From: Thermodesulfobacteriota bacterium
Lineage (GTDB): Bacteria > Desulfobacterota_D > UBA1144 > Nemesobacterales > UBA2774
Assembly (NCBI GenBank): GCA_965223335.1
Contig: OZ244991.1
Span: 448,001 to 512,000 of the forward strand
Direction: 5' to 3'
DNA: 64,000 bases
The notes under the pieces were generated by a model. That model did not search any database and was not told the DNA's origin. It saw only the letters and a program-made list of their open reading frames with translations. Below are positions 20,888 to 29,920 of this stretch, piece by piece. Within the stretch, counting starts at the first letter, position 1. Every line of letters starts with the position of its first letter. A program made the translations under genes and the position numbers.

Positions 20888-21703
20888 ATGGACCTCGGCA
20901 CATTCGTCCCCATAATCTACCTCGCTTCATCCATCCTGTTCGGCGTACTCCTATTCTCGAAAAACAACAAATTACCTAGGCTCGGCCTGTACTGCCTGTA
21001 CATCGGAGCACTGGTACAGACTATAAGTCTCGGGCTCCTGTTTAAAGAAGGGAAACCGATTGCCACCAGCCTGGCCAGTACACTTTATTTATATAGCTGG
21101 TTGATAGTGCTAGTGTTTTTGCTCTCGCAATTTAGATACAGAGCCTTTTTTTTGGGGCTTTTCGTAGCACCTCTGGCACTTATCATGACACTACCAAGCC
21201 TCATAATACCCGAGGCTATGGTAGAGGGAGACCCGTCGTTGGGGCATCCGTGGATACGATCGACCCATATTATTTTGATATTTTTGGGCCAGGCACTTTT
21301 TACCGTCGCCTTTATCGCGGGGGTAATATATTTGTTTCAAGAAAAAAGTATTAAGGCCAAACACATGGGGAGCTTCCTAAAAAAACTCCCCTCGCTCACC
21401 ACGCTGGACAACATCAACCACATCTGTCTCATCATTGGGTTCCCTCTGCTCACGGTGGGGCTAGCACTCGGGTTTCTATATGCGAATGAGATCTGGGCAG
21501 ACCAGTGGAAATGGGGCCAGCGCGAGACCTGGTCGCTTGTAACCTGGTTTCTCTACACCGTGTTAATTCACGGGCGACTTACTTCAAGGTGGCGGGGAAG
21601 AAAGGCGGCCATAGGGGCCATTCTGGGTTTCATAATTATTCTATTTACTTTCCTTATCAGCTATATTGCCCCGGTTGTGCTCGAGTCTATGAGATCGGTT
21701 TAG
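20888..21703 (+). CDS. Cytochrome c assembly CcsA/HemX-family membrane protein
   Basis: About 8 TM segments, LPSL..LD, GFPLLTVG, Trp-rich WKWGQRETWSL, conserved His residues. Confidence 0.82.
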   Translation: MDLGTFVPIIYLASSILFGVLLFSKNNKLPRLGLYCLYIGALVQTISLGLLFKEGKPIATSLASTLYLYSWLIVLVFLLSQFRYRAFFLGLFVAPLALIMTLPSLIIPEAMVEGDPSLGHPWIRSTHIILIFLGQALFTVAFIAGVIYLFQEKSIKAKHMGSFLKKLPSLTTLDNINHICLIIGFPLLTVGLALGFLYANEIWADQWKWGQRETWSLVTWFLYTVLIHGRLTSRWRGRKAAIGAILGFIIILFTFLISYIAPVVLESMRSV

Positions 21704-21715
21704 AGGGAGCCACAA

Positions 21716-22864
21716 TTAGTCCAGCTTTTTAATCTTTAGCGCCCTGCCCCTGTTAATAGTTATCAAAGAGTATTTAGGTGTTACTGCCACACTGCCGTTT
21801 TTCTCCTGCTTTACATCATAGTACTTACTGTTTAGGCGTCGTAGTTTACTCAACAATCCTCTTGGTGTGGTATCCGCATCGAGTAGACCAAGCATAAGTT
21901 TTACGGCACCAAAGACCTGGAACTCTAGCACCTCAGGCTCCTCTTCGAATTTAGACTTGTATGCCCTTTCGAATGCCGACCACTCATCGTCCCCGTACAC
22001 AAAGTAATCAGTGAAGAGCACCCTATATATCACACCATCGATCTCATTCGCAACAAGGTTAAGAAACGAGGGGCTGTTCCAGTTGCTAAGCCCTATAAAG
22101 AGTATGTCGCCAAAGCTCCTGTCCTGTTTTATGCGCAGTATAATGTCCGCAGCGTTGGCACCGCTGTCGGGTATAAAAAGCGCTTTAGGGTGTACCGACC
22201 TTACCCACTCTACTTCTGAGGAGATATCCCTGGTCACCTGATTGTATGACCCGATATACGTAACCTCGCCGCCCCGTCTCTTTACCTCACTCACAAACAG
22301 GTCCTTAAGCCTCTCACCGTATTTGGTCTCGGGATAGAGCACACCGTATGTTTTTGTCTCAGTATACTCCGCTGCAAACTTTACAAGTGCGCGGGTTTGG
22401 GCCTCGAGCGAGTAAAAGAATTTTATAATATACGGTCCACCCAAGCTCGATGCCTCAGAGACCGGGAACGTTACTGTCGGCACTCCCAACTCATAAGCTG
22501 CTCTATACACATGTTTACTGTACAAAGACGGTAACGGGCCAACGACAAAGGACAGCGGAGCGTGTGATGCTAAAGCTCGAAACTTACCCTCTATGCCCGC
22601 TGTCTCCTCACCAATATCCTCTATCCCTACCTCATACCCTATATCGGGACTCGAGGTCTCGGTAGCCACAGCAACCCCCCTAAGAGCCTTATTGCCCAAC
22701 ACCCCGTACTCTCCTGTAACCGGCAGCAGGCAGCCAAATGTTTTAATGACTATCGGAACCTGGGCTTCGTCCTCGGACTCAAGATCAACAGCAGGTTCGG
22801 TCTCGGCACCTGCACCCACAGTAAAGATCAATGTAATAAAAAAACTCAGCAGATATCTCTTCAT
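21716..22864 (-). CDS. Periplasmic binding-fold protein (LpoA C-terminal / branched-chain SBP-like)
   Basis: Signal peptide MKRYLLSFF..., GCLLPVTG, VVGPL, LYPETKYG, ALFIPD. Confidence 0.7.
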   Translation of the reverse strand: MKRYLLSFFITLIFTVGAGAETEPAVDLESEDEAQVPIVIKTFGCLLPVTGEYGVLGNKALRGVAVATETSSPDIGYEVGIEDIGEETAGIEGKFRALASHAPLSFVVGPLPSLYSKHVYRAAYELGVPTVTFPVSEASSLGGPYIIKFFYSLEAQTRALVKFAAEYTETKTYGVLYPETKYGERLKDLFVSEVKRRGGEVTYIGSYNQVTRDISSEVEWVRSVHPKALFIPDSGANAADIILRIKQDRSFGDILFIGLSNWNSPSFLNLVANEIDGVIYRVLFTDYFVYGDDEWSAFERAYKSKFEEEPEVLEFQVFGAVKLMLGLLDADTTPRGLLSKLRRLNSKYYDVKQEKNGSVAVTPKYSLITINRGRALKIKKLD

Positions 22865-23060
22865 CCCGATCGACTCTCCCACTACTCTATGATTATATAC
22901 CAAGTCCGTTAGATTAATATGACGTTTAGAATTGCAACCCAGAAATCTGTATAGCAACTGCGCCATGATGAGTACGCAGATGCACTATAGAATTGTCGGT
23001 GGTCTTGCAACCGACTAGTATGACTATTATAATTTATTTGCATTTGCTAATAGCACTTTA

Positions 23061-23088
23061 TTGACAATTAGGTGATTACGGCTAATAT
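23061..23088 (+). promoter_or_regulatory. Putative sigma-70 promoter of the pha operon
   Basis: TTGACA-16bp-TAATAT, about 180 bp upstream of the first pha ORF. Confidence 0.4.
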
Positions 23089-23265
23089 ACATTTCGTTGG
23101 CAATCAAACGGGCCACATCCGGATTTATGGGGATTAGCTTTATACCCGTTTATAAAGTTGATATGCATGGAGGGCCGGCTCGCTCGCAATGCTAGATTTA
23201 TGGTAAGATGCGATGTGCTTACAAAGGCCTTTTTATAAATTATAATTATATGTTGCGAGGTTATT

Positions 23266-23613
23266 TTGTCGGAAAAAAAAGCATACGACGAATCCTATTA
23301 TTTCAGCTACTTCAAGAAACTGTTTGAATCCTGGGAGGAGTCTACCCACAAAGCCATGGACATATGGCTAAAGAGCCCGTTTATGGACCGTGCTTTCGAT
23401 AAATCTACGGAATTTAAGCAGTATGTTCAGAAGTTCATGGAAAACTCACTCGAGTCCCGGGCCACGCCCGATACCCAAAGCATAGAAAAACTAATTGAAT
23501 CAATAAACCAGATCGAACAAAAGGTTTCAAGAATAGAAAAGAAAGTAGACGAACTTGGGACCAAGCAACAACGAACTACATCTAAACGTCGGACCACAAA
23601 AACTAAAAAATAA
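23266..23613 (+). CDS. Small PhaE/PhaR-like PHA-associated protein with basic tail
   Basis: TTG start with GAGG RBS. Internal similarity to the next ORF (FESWEESTHKAMDIWLKSP vs YETWEKSSSEMLESWVNSP). C-terminal coiled coil followed by a K/R/T tail. Confidence 0.6.
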   Translation: MSEKKAYDESYYFSYFKKLFESWEESTHKAMDIWLKSPFMDRAFDKSTEFKQYVQKFMENSLESRATPDTQSIEKLIESINQIEQKVSRIEKKVDELGTKQQRTTSKRRTTKTKK

Positions 23614-23627
23614 CTTTGGAGTGTTTA

Positions 23628-24068
23628 ATGAGTGCAAATAAATCCGATCACGCAGATCCTTATAAAAACTTCTACGACATATGGCAGAAAACCATGTCGG
23701 AAGCCATCGAAATGCTTAGCAAAAACCCCATGCTAGATAAAGACAAGGCCCCGAGCGCTGCGAATATAGATCCCCAAGAGTATTACAAAAAGTTTTATGA
23801 AACTTGGGAAAAATCCTCGTCCGAGATGCTGGAGTCATGGGTTAATAGCCCGCTTTTTGCATCCAGCATGGGAAAAGCCCTTGAGCAGTCATCCGATTTC
23901 AAAAAGTATTTTGATGAGATGATCGATAAAACACTCTCTAACCTCAGAATGCCTTCGAAAAACGATATCGATAACGTGCTTAGATCCATACACACTCTGG
24001 AGGCAAAGATTAACGACCTCTCGGATAAGGTCGATGATTTAAGCAAGCCCGCGAGAAAGAAAAAATAG
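23628..24068 (+). CDS. phaE: PHA synthase small subunit (short PhaE / PhaR type)
   Basis: C-terminal LRMPSKNDIDNV..SIHTLEAKI fits the PhaE/PhaR pattern; directly upstream of phaC. Confidence 0.75.
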   Translation: MSANKSDHADPYKNFYDIWQKTMSEAIEMLSKNPMLDKDKAPSAANIDPQEYYKKFYETWEKSSSEMLESWVNSPLFASSMGKALEQSSDFKKYFDEMIDKTLSNLRMPSKNDIDNVLRSIHTLEAKINDLSDKVDDLSKPARKKK

Positions 24069-24149
24069 CATAGCCGCGGCAACGATCACTTCAGATTTCA
24101 TGTGATCCGAATTTATGCTTTTAATCTAGCAAGGAGGTATGCCCTCACC

Positions 24150-25217
24150 ATGGCATCCAACCCAATAAACACACTCATAGAACAAGCGGAAAAAAACTTC
24201 CAGAACTACTCCAAGGCACTTGACCTTGCGGTGCTCAATCCCCCCGATGTCGAGGTCGGTGCCACACCGCACGAGGTAGTGTATACAGAGAATAAATTAA
24301 GGCTGCTTCACTACTATCCCAAGACTAAAAAAACTCACCCTACCCCACTAATAATGATATTTGCGCTTATCAACAGGCCCTACATACTCGATCTCAAACC
24401 GGGGCGCAGTGTGGTCGAGGTACTCCTTGAGAACGGATTCGATATTTACATGATAGACTGGGGCTCGCCGGGAAGTGAGGATAAACACCTCGATTTCAAC
24501 CACTATATAAACAGATACATCAATAAGATCGTGGAAAAGGTTAAATCCCGCTCGGGCACCGACACGGTTAATCTGCTGGGTTACTGCATGGGTGGGACCA
24601 TGTCCGCCATCTACACAGCCCTTTACCCCGAGAACGTAAAAAATCTAATACTAATGACTGCGGGCATAGACTTTGATGTTGAGGGCACTTTAAATCTTTG
24701 GGGAGACAAAACGAACTTCAATGTCGATAAATTCGTAGACGCGTTCGGCAATGCCCCGGGAGAGTTCCTACAATCCGGATTTTTGTTTATGAAACCCGTC
24801 CAAAACATGATCTCAAAATACATGAACTTTTACGAGAACGTGGAAAACGAGCCGTTCGTTGAGAACTTTGTCGCAATGGAAAAGTGGTTAAACGACAATA
24901 TCCCCGTTGCAGGTGAGGTATTTAGGGAATTTGTAAAAAATCTCTACCAGGAAAACCAATTAGCCGAAGGTAAATTCAGCATAGCAGGTAAAAAGGTCGA
25001 TCTAAAAAACATAACATGCCCCGTGTTAAATCTGGTTGCGGAACACGACCACCTGATCCCACCGGCATCGAGCACCGGGTTTAACGACCTTACCGGGAGC
25101 AAGGACAAAAAAACCATAGTGTTCCCCACGGGTCACATAGGAATGTCGGTAAGCAGTAAATCTTTAAAGGGGCTATGGCCTGACGTTGCTACGTGGCTTG
25201 CTAAAAGGTCAGTATAG
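24150..25217 (+). CDS. phaC: Class III/IV poly(R)-hydroxyalkanoate synthase subunit
   Basis: About 355 aa; ALINRPYILDL, IDWG, lipase box GYCMGG, catalytic D (DHLIP) and H (GHIG); AAGGAGGT RBS. Confidence 0.93.
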   Translation: MASNPINTLIEQAEKNFQNYSKALDLAVLNPPDVEVGATPHEVVYTENKLRLLHYYPKTKKTHPTPLIMIFALINRPYILDLKPGRSVVEVLLENGFDIYMIDWGSPGSEDKHLDFNHYINRYINKIVEKVKSRSGTDTVNLLGYCMGGTMSAIYTALYPENVKNLILMTAGIDFDVEGTLNLWGDKTNFNVDKFVDAFGNAPGEFLQSGFLFMKPVQNMISKYMNFYENVENEPFVENFVAMEKWLNDNIPVAGEVFREFVKNLYQENQLAEGKFSIAGKKVDLKNITCPVLNLVAEHDHLIPPASSTGFNDLTGSKDKKTIVFPTGHIGMSVSSKSLKGLWPDVATWLAKRSV

Positions 25218-25295
25218 TAGATCCAAACACCCTAACAGCTAATATACCGCTTTGTGTCTGGGAGTGTTACAAACCTTGGCACTATCCACTACAAC

Positions 25296-26054
25296 TTAAA
25301 TATATTGTCCGCCGTTTAGTCTAAGTGTTACACCCGTCATCCAGCTTGAAGCCGGGGAGGATAGATACACAGCAGCCAGTGCGATCTCTTCGGGCGTTCC
25401 AAAGCGGCTGAGTGCAATCTCTTTTACGATAGTTTCTCTTATATCCTCGGGCACGGTCTTTAACATATCGGTCTCTACAAATCCGGGGGCAATAGCATTA
25501 ACTCTGATATTATTGCGCGCAAGCTCTCTGGCCATAGTTTTTGTAAATCCGATAATTCCTGCCTTGGTAGAAGCATAGTTACACTGCCCCATATTACCCA
25601 TCTCACCTATAATCGACGACACGGATATAATCACACCACCTCCGGCAGCCATCATCGGTTCTATCACAGCCTTGGTGCAGTTAAAAACGCTCGACAGATT
25701 GGTCTGCAACACCTCATTCCACTGCTCGAAGGTCATTCTTCTAAGAGTGCGGTCACGGTTGATCCCGGCATTATTAATGAGTATATCCACTTTACCAAAG
25801 TGGTTTATTGCGGCTGCGCCCAGGTTTTGCGCCTGTTGATAATTACCCACATTGGCACGAACAGTAATGCATTTCCTCCCAAGCTTCTCTATCTCTTTTT
25901 TAACCTTATCCGCCTCTTTGTCACTACGCGAGTAGTTAAGTACGATATCCGCCCCCGCTTCAGCCATAGCCAATGCGATGGCCTTCCCAATGCCGCGCGA
26001 CCCCCCTGTTACGATCGCTACTTTGTCTTTCAAATCGTATAATTGCTCTAACAT
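25296..26054 (-). CDS. phaB: Acetoacetyl-CoA reductase / FabG-like SDR
   Basis: TGGSRGIG, NNAGINRD, GQCNYASTKAG, ends NGGQYI; convergent with phaC. Confidence 0.8.
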   Translation of the reverse strand: MLEQLYDLKDKVAIVTGGSRGIGKAIALAMAEAGADIVLNYSRSDKEADKVKKEIEKLGRKCITVRANVGNYQQAQNLGAAAINHFGKVDILINNAGINRDRTLRRMTFEQWNEVLQTNLSSVFNCTKAVIEPMMAAGGGVIISVSSIIGEMGNMGQCNYASTKAGIIGFTKTMARELARNNIRVNAIAPGFVETDMLKTVPEDIRETIVKEIALSRFGTPEEIALAAVYLSSPASSWMTGVTLRLNGGQYI

Positions 26055-26238
26055 ACTTCCTCTCCCATTTTTTAGTTTAGATTCCCCCAACCGGTTGCTA
26101 TAGTTAACTTCGAGCCCTGGTTTTGTCAAATTTTTTAATAGTGTTAACAAGCAATGGGTTATTTCGAAACTCTGTCACAAGAAAACTAAGGGACTAAAAT
26201 AGCACGGAGTTTTTAATTTTAGTTGCCGGGCCACTTGC

Positions 26239-27018
26239 TTATTTGCCTTTAAACGAAGGGTCGCGCTTTTCTAAAAATGCACTCATGCCCTCTGCCCTAT
26301 CCTCCGAGTCAAAGCAGATAGATGCATACGACCTATCCATTGAAAGCGCTTTCTCTAGCTCCATCCCAGCACCTGCGTTTATCACGGTTTTCGCAATGCC
26401 GACTGCTACAGGGCCCCTTGCGGCAATAGTGTTGGCCAATTCCATGGTACTAGACATAAGCTCGTCGTGGGGCACTACCTTTTCCACCAACCCGATCCGA
26501 TGAGCATCCTCGGCTTTGATCATCTCCCCCGTGAATATAAGCTCCTTGGCCTTCCCAGGCCCTAGTATCCTGGTTGCCCTCTGTGTGCCTCCCCACGCGG
26601 GGAATAACCCCAATTTGACCTCGGGGAATCCCATCATAGCTTTCTCCGATGCAACCCTTATATCACAGGCCAGAGAGAACTCACATCCCCCTCCCAGCGC
26701 ATAGCCGTTCACCGCAGCAATGACCGGGCAAGGTCCGTTCTCAATCGCACTAAACACCTCATGAGCAAACTCCACATATTCGTTGAACTGCTCTTTATCC
26801 ATCTGGTTCATCTGTGCAATATCCGCACCGGCCACAAACGCCTTACCCGCACCCGTTATAATTAGCCCCCTGAGCTCACCCTTTTGGAACTCGTCTGACA
26901 ACAAGCTGCTAATCTCGCGGAGCGTCTCAAAATTAAGCGCATTTAGCGCCTTTGGCCTGTTAACCGTAAGCACCCCTATGTTGCCTTCCACACTATATTC
27001 TATGTTTTCATATCCCAT
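26239..27018 (-). CDS. Enoyl-CoA hydratase (crotonase)
   Basis: NRPKALNAL, FVAGADI, ALGGGCE, PEVKLGLFP, GGTQR; both catalytic Glu present. Confidence 0.92.
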   Translation of the reverse strand: MGYENIEYSVEGNIGVLTVNRPKALNALNFETLREISSLLSDEFQKGELRGLIITGAGKAFVAGADIAQMNQMDKEQFNEYVEFAHEVFSAIENGPCPVIAAVNGYALGGGCEFSLACDIRVASEKAMMGFPEVKLGLFPAWGGTQRATRILGPGKAKELIFTGEMIKAEDAHRIGLVEKVVPHDELMSSTMELANTIAARGPVAVGIAKTVINAGAGMELEKALSMDRSYASICFDSEDRAEGMSAFLEKRDPSFKGK

Positions 27019-27234
27019 GGCGGATACCTCGTGAATAAATGGATTTAATGCGATGGATATATATACAACGGATACTAATATTGTCAAAGAATTAAGATGC
27101 TACGAAATTAATGACATCAGGCAGTATATATAGTGTGTCAGGATTGCTTAACGAAGTTCGTGGTGTAAACGGAAAAACCAGGTAGAGTATCAAGCTAAAC
27201 ATATTTGGCTGATAATATCAGTTAGGAGGCATGT

Positions 27235-27681
27235 ATGACTAATTTTGTGTTAAGCATAGTGACCATGGCAGCACCTTTATTCTTTGTGTTTGTGTTCGCA
27301 GCATCCGCAGACACTACCTCAGGGGATGAAAAGGAAAAAGCCATAGAGACCGGATCGGGGCTTAAGTATGTGGTAATTGAGGAAGGCGAGGGTCCGAAAC
27401 CCCAGACAGGCAAGAAAGTAAAAGTTCATTATTCCGGCAAATTAGAGGATGGCACAGAGTTCGACAGCTCGTACAAGAGGGGCGAGCCGATAGAGTTCGT
27501 TCTGGGTATCGGGCAGGTAATAAAAGGCTGGGACGAGGGAATCGCACTAATGAGCAAGGGAGGCAAGCAGACTCTTATCATTCCACCCGAACTCGGCTAC
27601 GGTCCCAACGGGTACCCGCCGGTGATCCCACCCAATTCTACTCTGATCTTCGATGTAGAGCTGGTTGACTTCGAGCAGTAG
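27235..27681 (+). CDS. FKBP-type peptidyl-prolyl isomerase, exported
   Basis: Signal peptide, [38 protein letters not shown]. Confidence 0.95.
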   Translation: MTNFVLSIVTMAAPLFFVFVFAASADTTSGDEKEKAIETGSGLKYVVIEEGEGPKPQTGKKVKVHYSGKLEDGTEFDSSYKRGEPIEFVLGIGQVIKGWDEGIALMSKGGKQTLIIPPELGYGPNGYPPVIPPNSTLIFDVELVDFEQ

Positions 27682-27745
27682 ACATCATTTGAGCAATTTA
27701 TTACAAGTACAGTGCTGAAACCGTTTTAGCAAAAGACCAAAGACT

Positions 27746-28363
27746 ATGAATTTTCTAGCACATCTATACTTAGCCGAGGATACAGACGAATCTATCCTCG
27801 GCAATCTGCTAGGGGATTTTGTCAAAGGCTCACCAAGCGGGCTCTACAGCGATGAGATCGTAAAGGGTATTATGACCCACCGCAATGTAGATAAGTTCAC
27901 CGACAGCCACGCTATCACAAAGGAATCCAAACTCTTGTTCAGCCTCCCGAGGCGTCGCTATGCAGGCATAATAATCGATGTCACAAACGACCACTATCTT
28001 TCTAAACACTGGAGTCAATTCAGCGACAAAGACCTGGACAATTTCATCCATGACGTTTACCGCACTCTCGAGCGTCATCAACAAATCCTGCCACCCAGTC
28101 TAGCGCGAATTATACCCTTTATGATAGAGGACGACTGGCTCGGTTCATACAGCAAGCTCGGTGGGGTATCAAATGCGCTGGGCGGCATTTCCAGACGATT
28201 CGCAAGAAAGTTTAATAGAGATATTGAACTCGCTGGCGCAATTGAGGAGGTAGAAGCCAATTATCTAGAGCTTGAAGAGGCCTTTTTAAACTTTTTCCCC
28301 GAGCTTATCGATTTTACAAAACAGTATAGAAAATCGTATGATCATAACCCTCACACATCTTAG
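27746..28363 (+). CDS. acpH: ACP phosphodiesterase
   Basis: MNFLAHLYLA, GNLLGDFVKG, HRNVDKFTDSH, DHYL. Confidence 0.92.
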   Translation: MNFLAHLYLAEDTDESILGNLLGDFVKGSPSGLYSDEIVKGIMTHRNVDKFTDSHAITKESKLLFSLPRRRYAGIIIDVTNDHYLSKHWSQFSDKDLDNFIHDVYRTLERHQQILPPSLARIIPFMIEDDWLGSYSKLGGVSNALGGISRRFARKFNRDIELAGAIEEVEANYLELEEAFLNFFPELIDFTKQYRKSYDHNPHTS

Positions 28364-28500
28364 TCCATATGCGTTTTTACTTGTAGAATCCCGAAAAATT
28401 CACCGCTAGTATCGATTTCTAGTCAATTAAAAATTTTTGTTCCACAACACAAAAAAGGGATTATAATTTAGCTAAGAGAAGCATTGCATTGGAGAGGCAC

Positions 28501-28692
28501 ATGACTAATTCGTCAACAGACGAAAACCAACTGAGATTTATTCTGAGAGAAACTCTCGTCGAGATCTCGGAGGGCAAGAACAATTTGTTCTACGATGTTG
28601 TGGCAGAGGTGCTCGAGGATGTTGCTATTGCAAGCCAGAAGTTTGAAGCCGGCATCAGTGAATACACAATCGTAGAAGACATACTAGAGTAA
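28501..28692 (+). CDS. Small acidic hypothetical protein (antitoxin-like)
   Basis: GGAGAGG RBS before the ATG; 63 aa, helical and acidic. Confidence 0.55.
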   Translation: MTNSSTDENQLRFILRETLVEISEGKNNLFYDVVAEVLEDVAIASQKFEAGISEYTIVEDILE

Positions 28693-28925
28693 AATATCTA
28701 GTAGAAAAGATAAACTCAGATGTCTGTTATATGCGCTACGGTTCTCATTCCGTTTAGACTTGTGCACAGAATCAGTGCAAGCACCCCAAATATATTGTAC
28801 CGTAATTAACATCTAAGCCTGAATTTATACAATTTCAAACTTATACTACGTAGCCTCGTACATGTTACATATATTTACGGGCATTGATTGCACATACATT
28901 CTCAGGGAGAATCATTATAAGTAAA

Positions 28926-29798
28926 ATGCCTAACAATCCAAAGAAACATTCCGCAACCCTGCTTATACATTGTCCCGACCGTAAGGGACTTGTGTCCACG
29001 GTTACCGAGTTCATATTCAAAAACGACGGCAATATCCTTTACCTAGACCAACATGTCGATACCGAACATGAAGCATTCTTTATGCGAGTAGAGTGGGACT
29101 TGGCCAACTTCGCCATCCCGGGTGATAAGATCGGTGAGTATTTTCAAACACTCATTGCAGATAAATACGATATGCAGTGGAACCTGTACTTTTCGGACGA
29201 AGTACTGCGTATGGCCATATTCGTATCTAAACTCCCCCACTGTTTAAACGACATCTTATCACGCGTCCAGTCAAAGGAGTGGAACGTCGAGGTCCCTGTA
29301 ATAATTAGCAACCACCCCGATCTTGAGCCGACCGCAAAAACATTCGGTATCGATTTCCACCTGACAGAAAACGTAAAAGAAAATAAGGAGCAGGCAGAAA
29401 AAAAACAGCTCGAGATACTTGAACACTACAATGTGGACATTATAGTGCTTGCAAGGTATATGCAGATCCTATCCCCTGAGTTCGTATCCAACTTCCCCAA
29501 CAAGATCATCAACATCCACCATTCATTTTTGCCTGCATTTCCCGGCGCCAGGCCCTATCACTCTGCATATGAGAGGGGTGTGAAAATCATAGGCGCCACC
29601 AGTCACTATGTGACGGCCGAGCTCGACGCAGGACCCATTATTGAACAAAACGTCGTGCGTGTAAGTCACCGTGACGACATAGAAGACCTAAAGCGCAAAG
29701 GACAGGACCTAGAGAAACTGGTACTGTCCCAAGCTGTGTGGTATCACATAAAGCGTAAGATCCTCGTATACGGCAACCGTACATTCATATTCGATTGA
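28926..29798 (+). CDS. purU: Formyltetrahydrofolate deformylase
   Basis: ACT domain CPDRKGLV, LARYMQILS, INIHHSFLPAFPGARPY, GVKIIGATSHYVT, LDAGPII. Confidence 0.96.
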   Translation: MPNNPKKHSATLLIHCPDRKGLVSTVTEFIFKNDGNILYLDQHVDTEHEAFFMRVEWDLANFAIPGDKIGEYFQTLIADKYDMQWNLYFSDEVLRMAIFVSKLPHCLNDILSRVQSKEWNVEVPVIISNHPDLEPTAKTFGIDFHLTENVKENKEQAEKKQLEILEHYNVDIIVLARYMQILSPEFVSNFPNKIINIHHSFLPAFPGARPYHSAYERGVKIIGATSHYVTAELDAGPIIEQNVVRVSHRDDIEDLKRKGQDLEKLVLSQAVWYHIKRKILVYGNRTFIFD

Positions 29799-29920
29799 TT
29801 TGGGGCTCTTCTCTTAGCTTCTTACTCGCCGCGATTGTGCGGCTTCACTTAGAGGCGTATACTTGATCTTGTTATATAGAGCCCGCAAAATTTAATTAAA
29901 AGATTTATTGAGCACGGATA

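Noticed and set aside
22865..23265. Possible relocated 6S RNA or tRNA in the large intergenic region
   Set aside because: No long irregular hairpin with a central bubble and no cloverleaf visible.
29822..29845. GCCGC-N6-GCGGC hairpin after purU as a terminator
   Set aside because: Short stem without a convincing U-tract.
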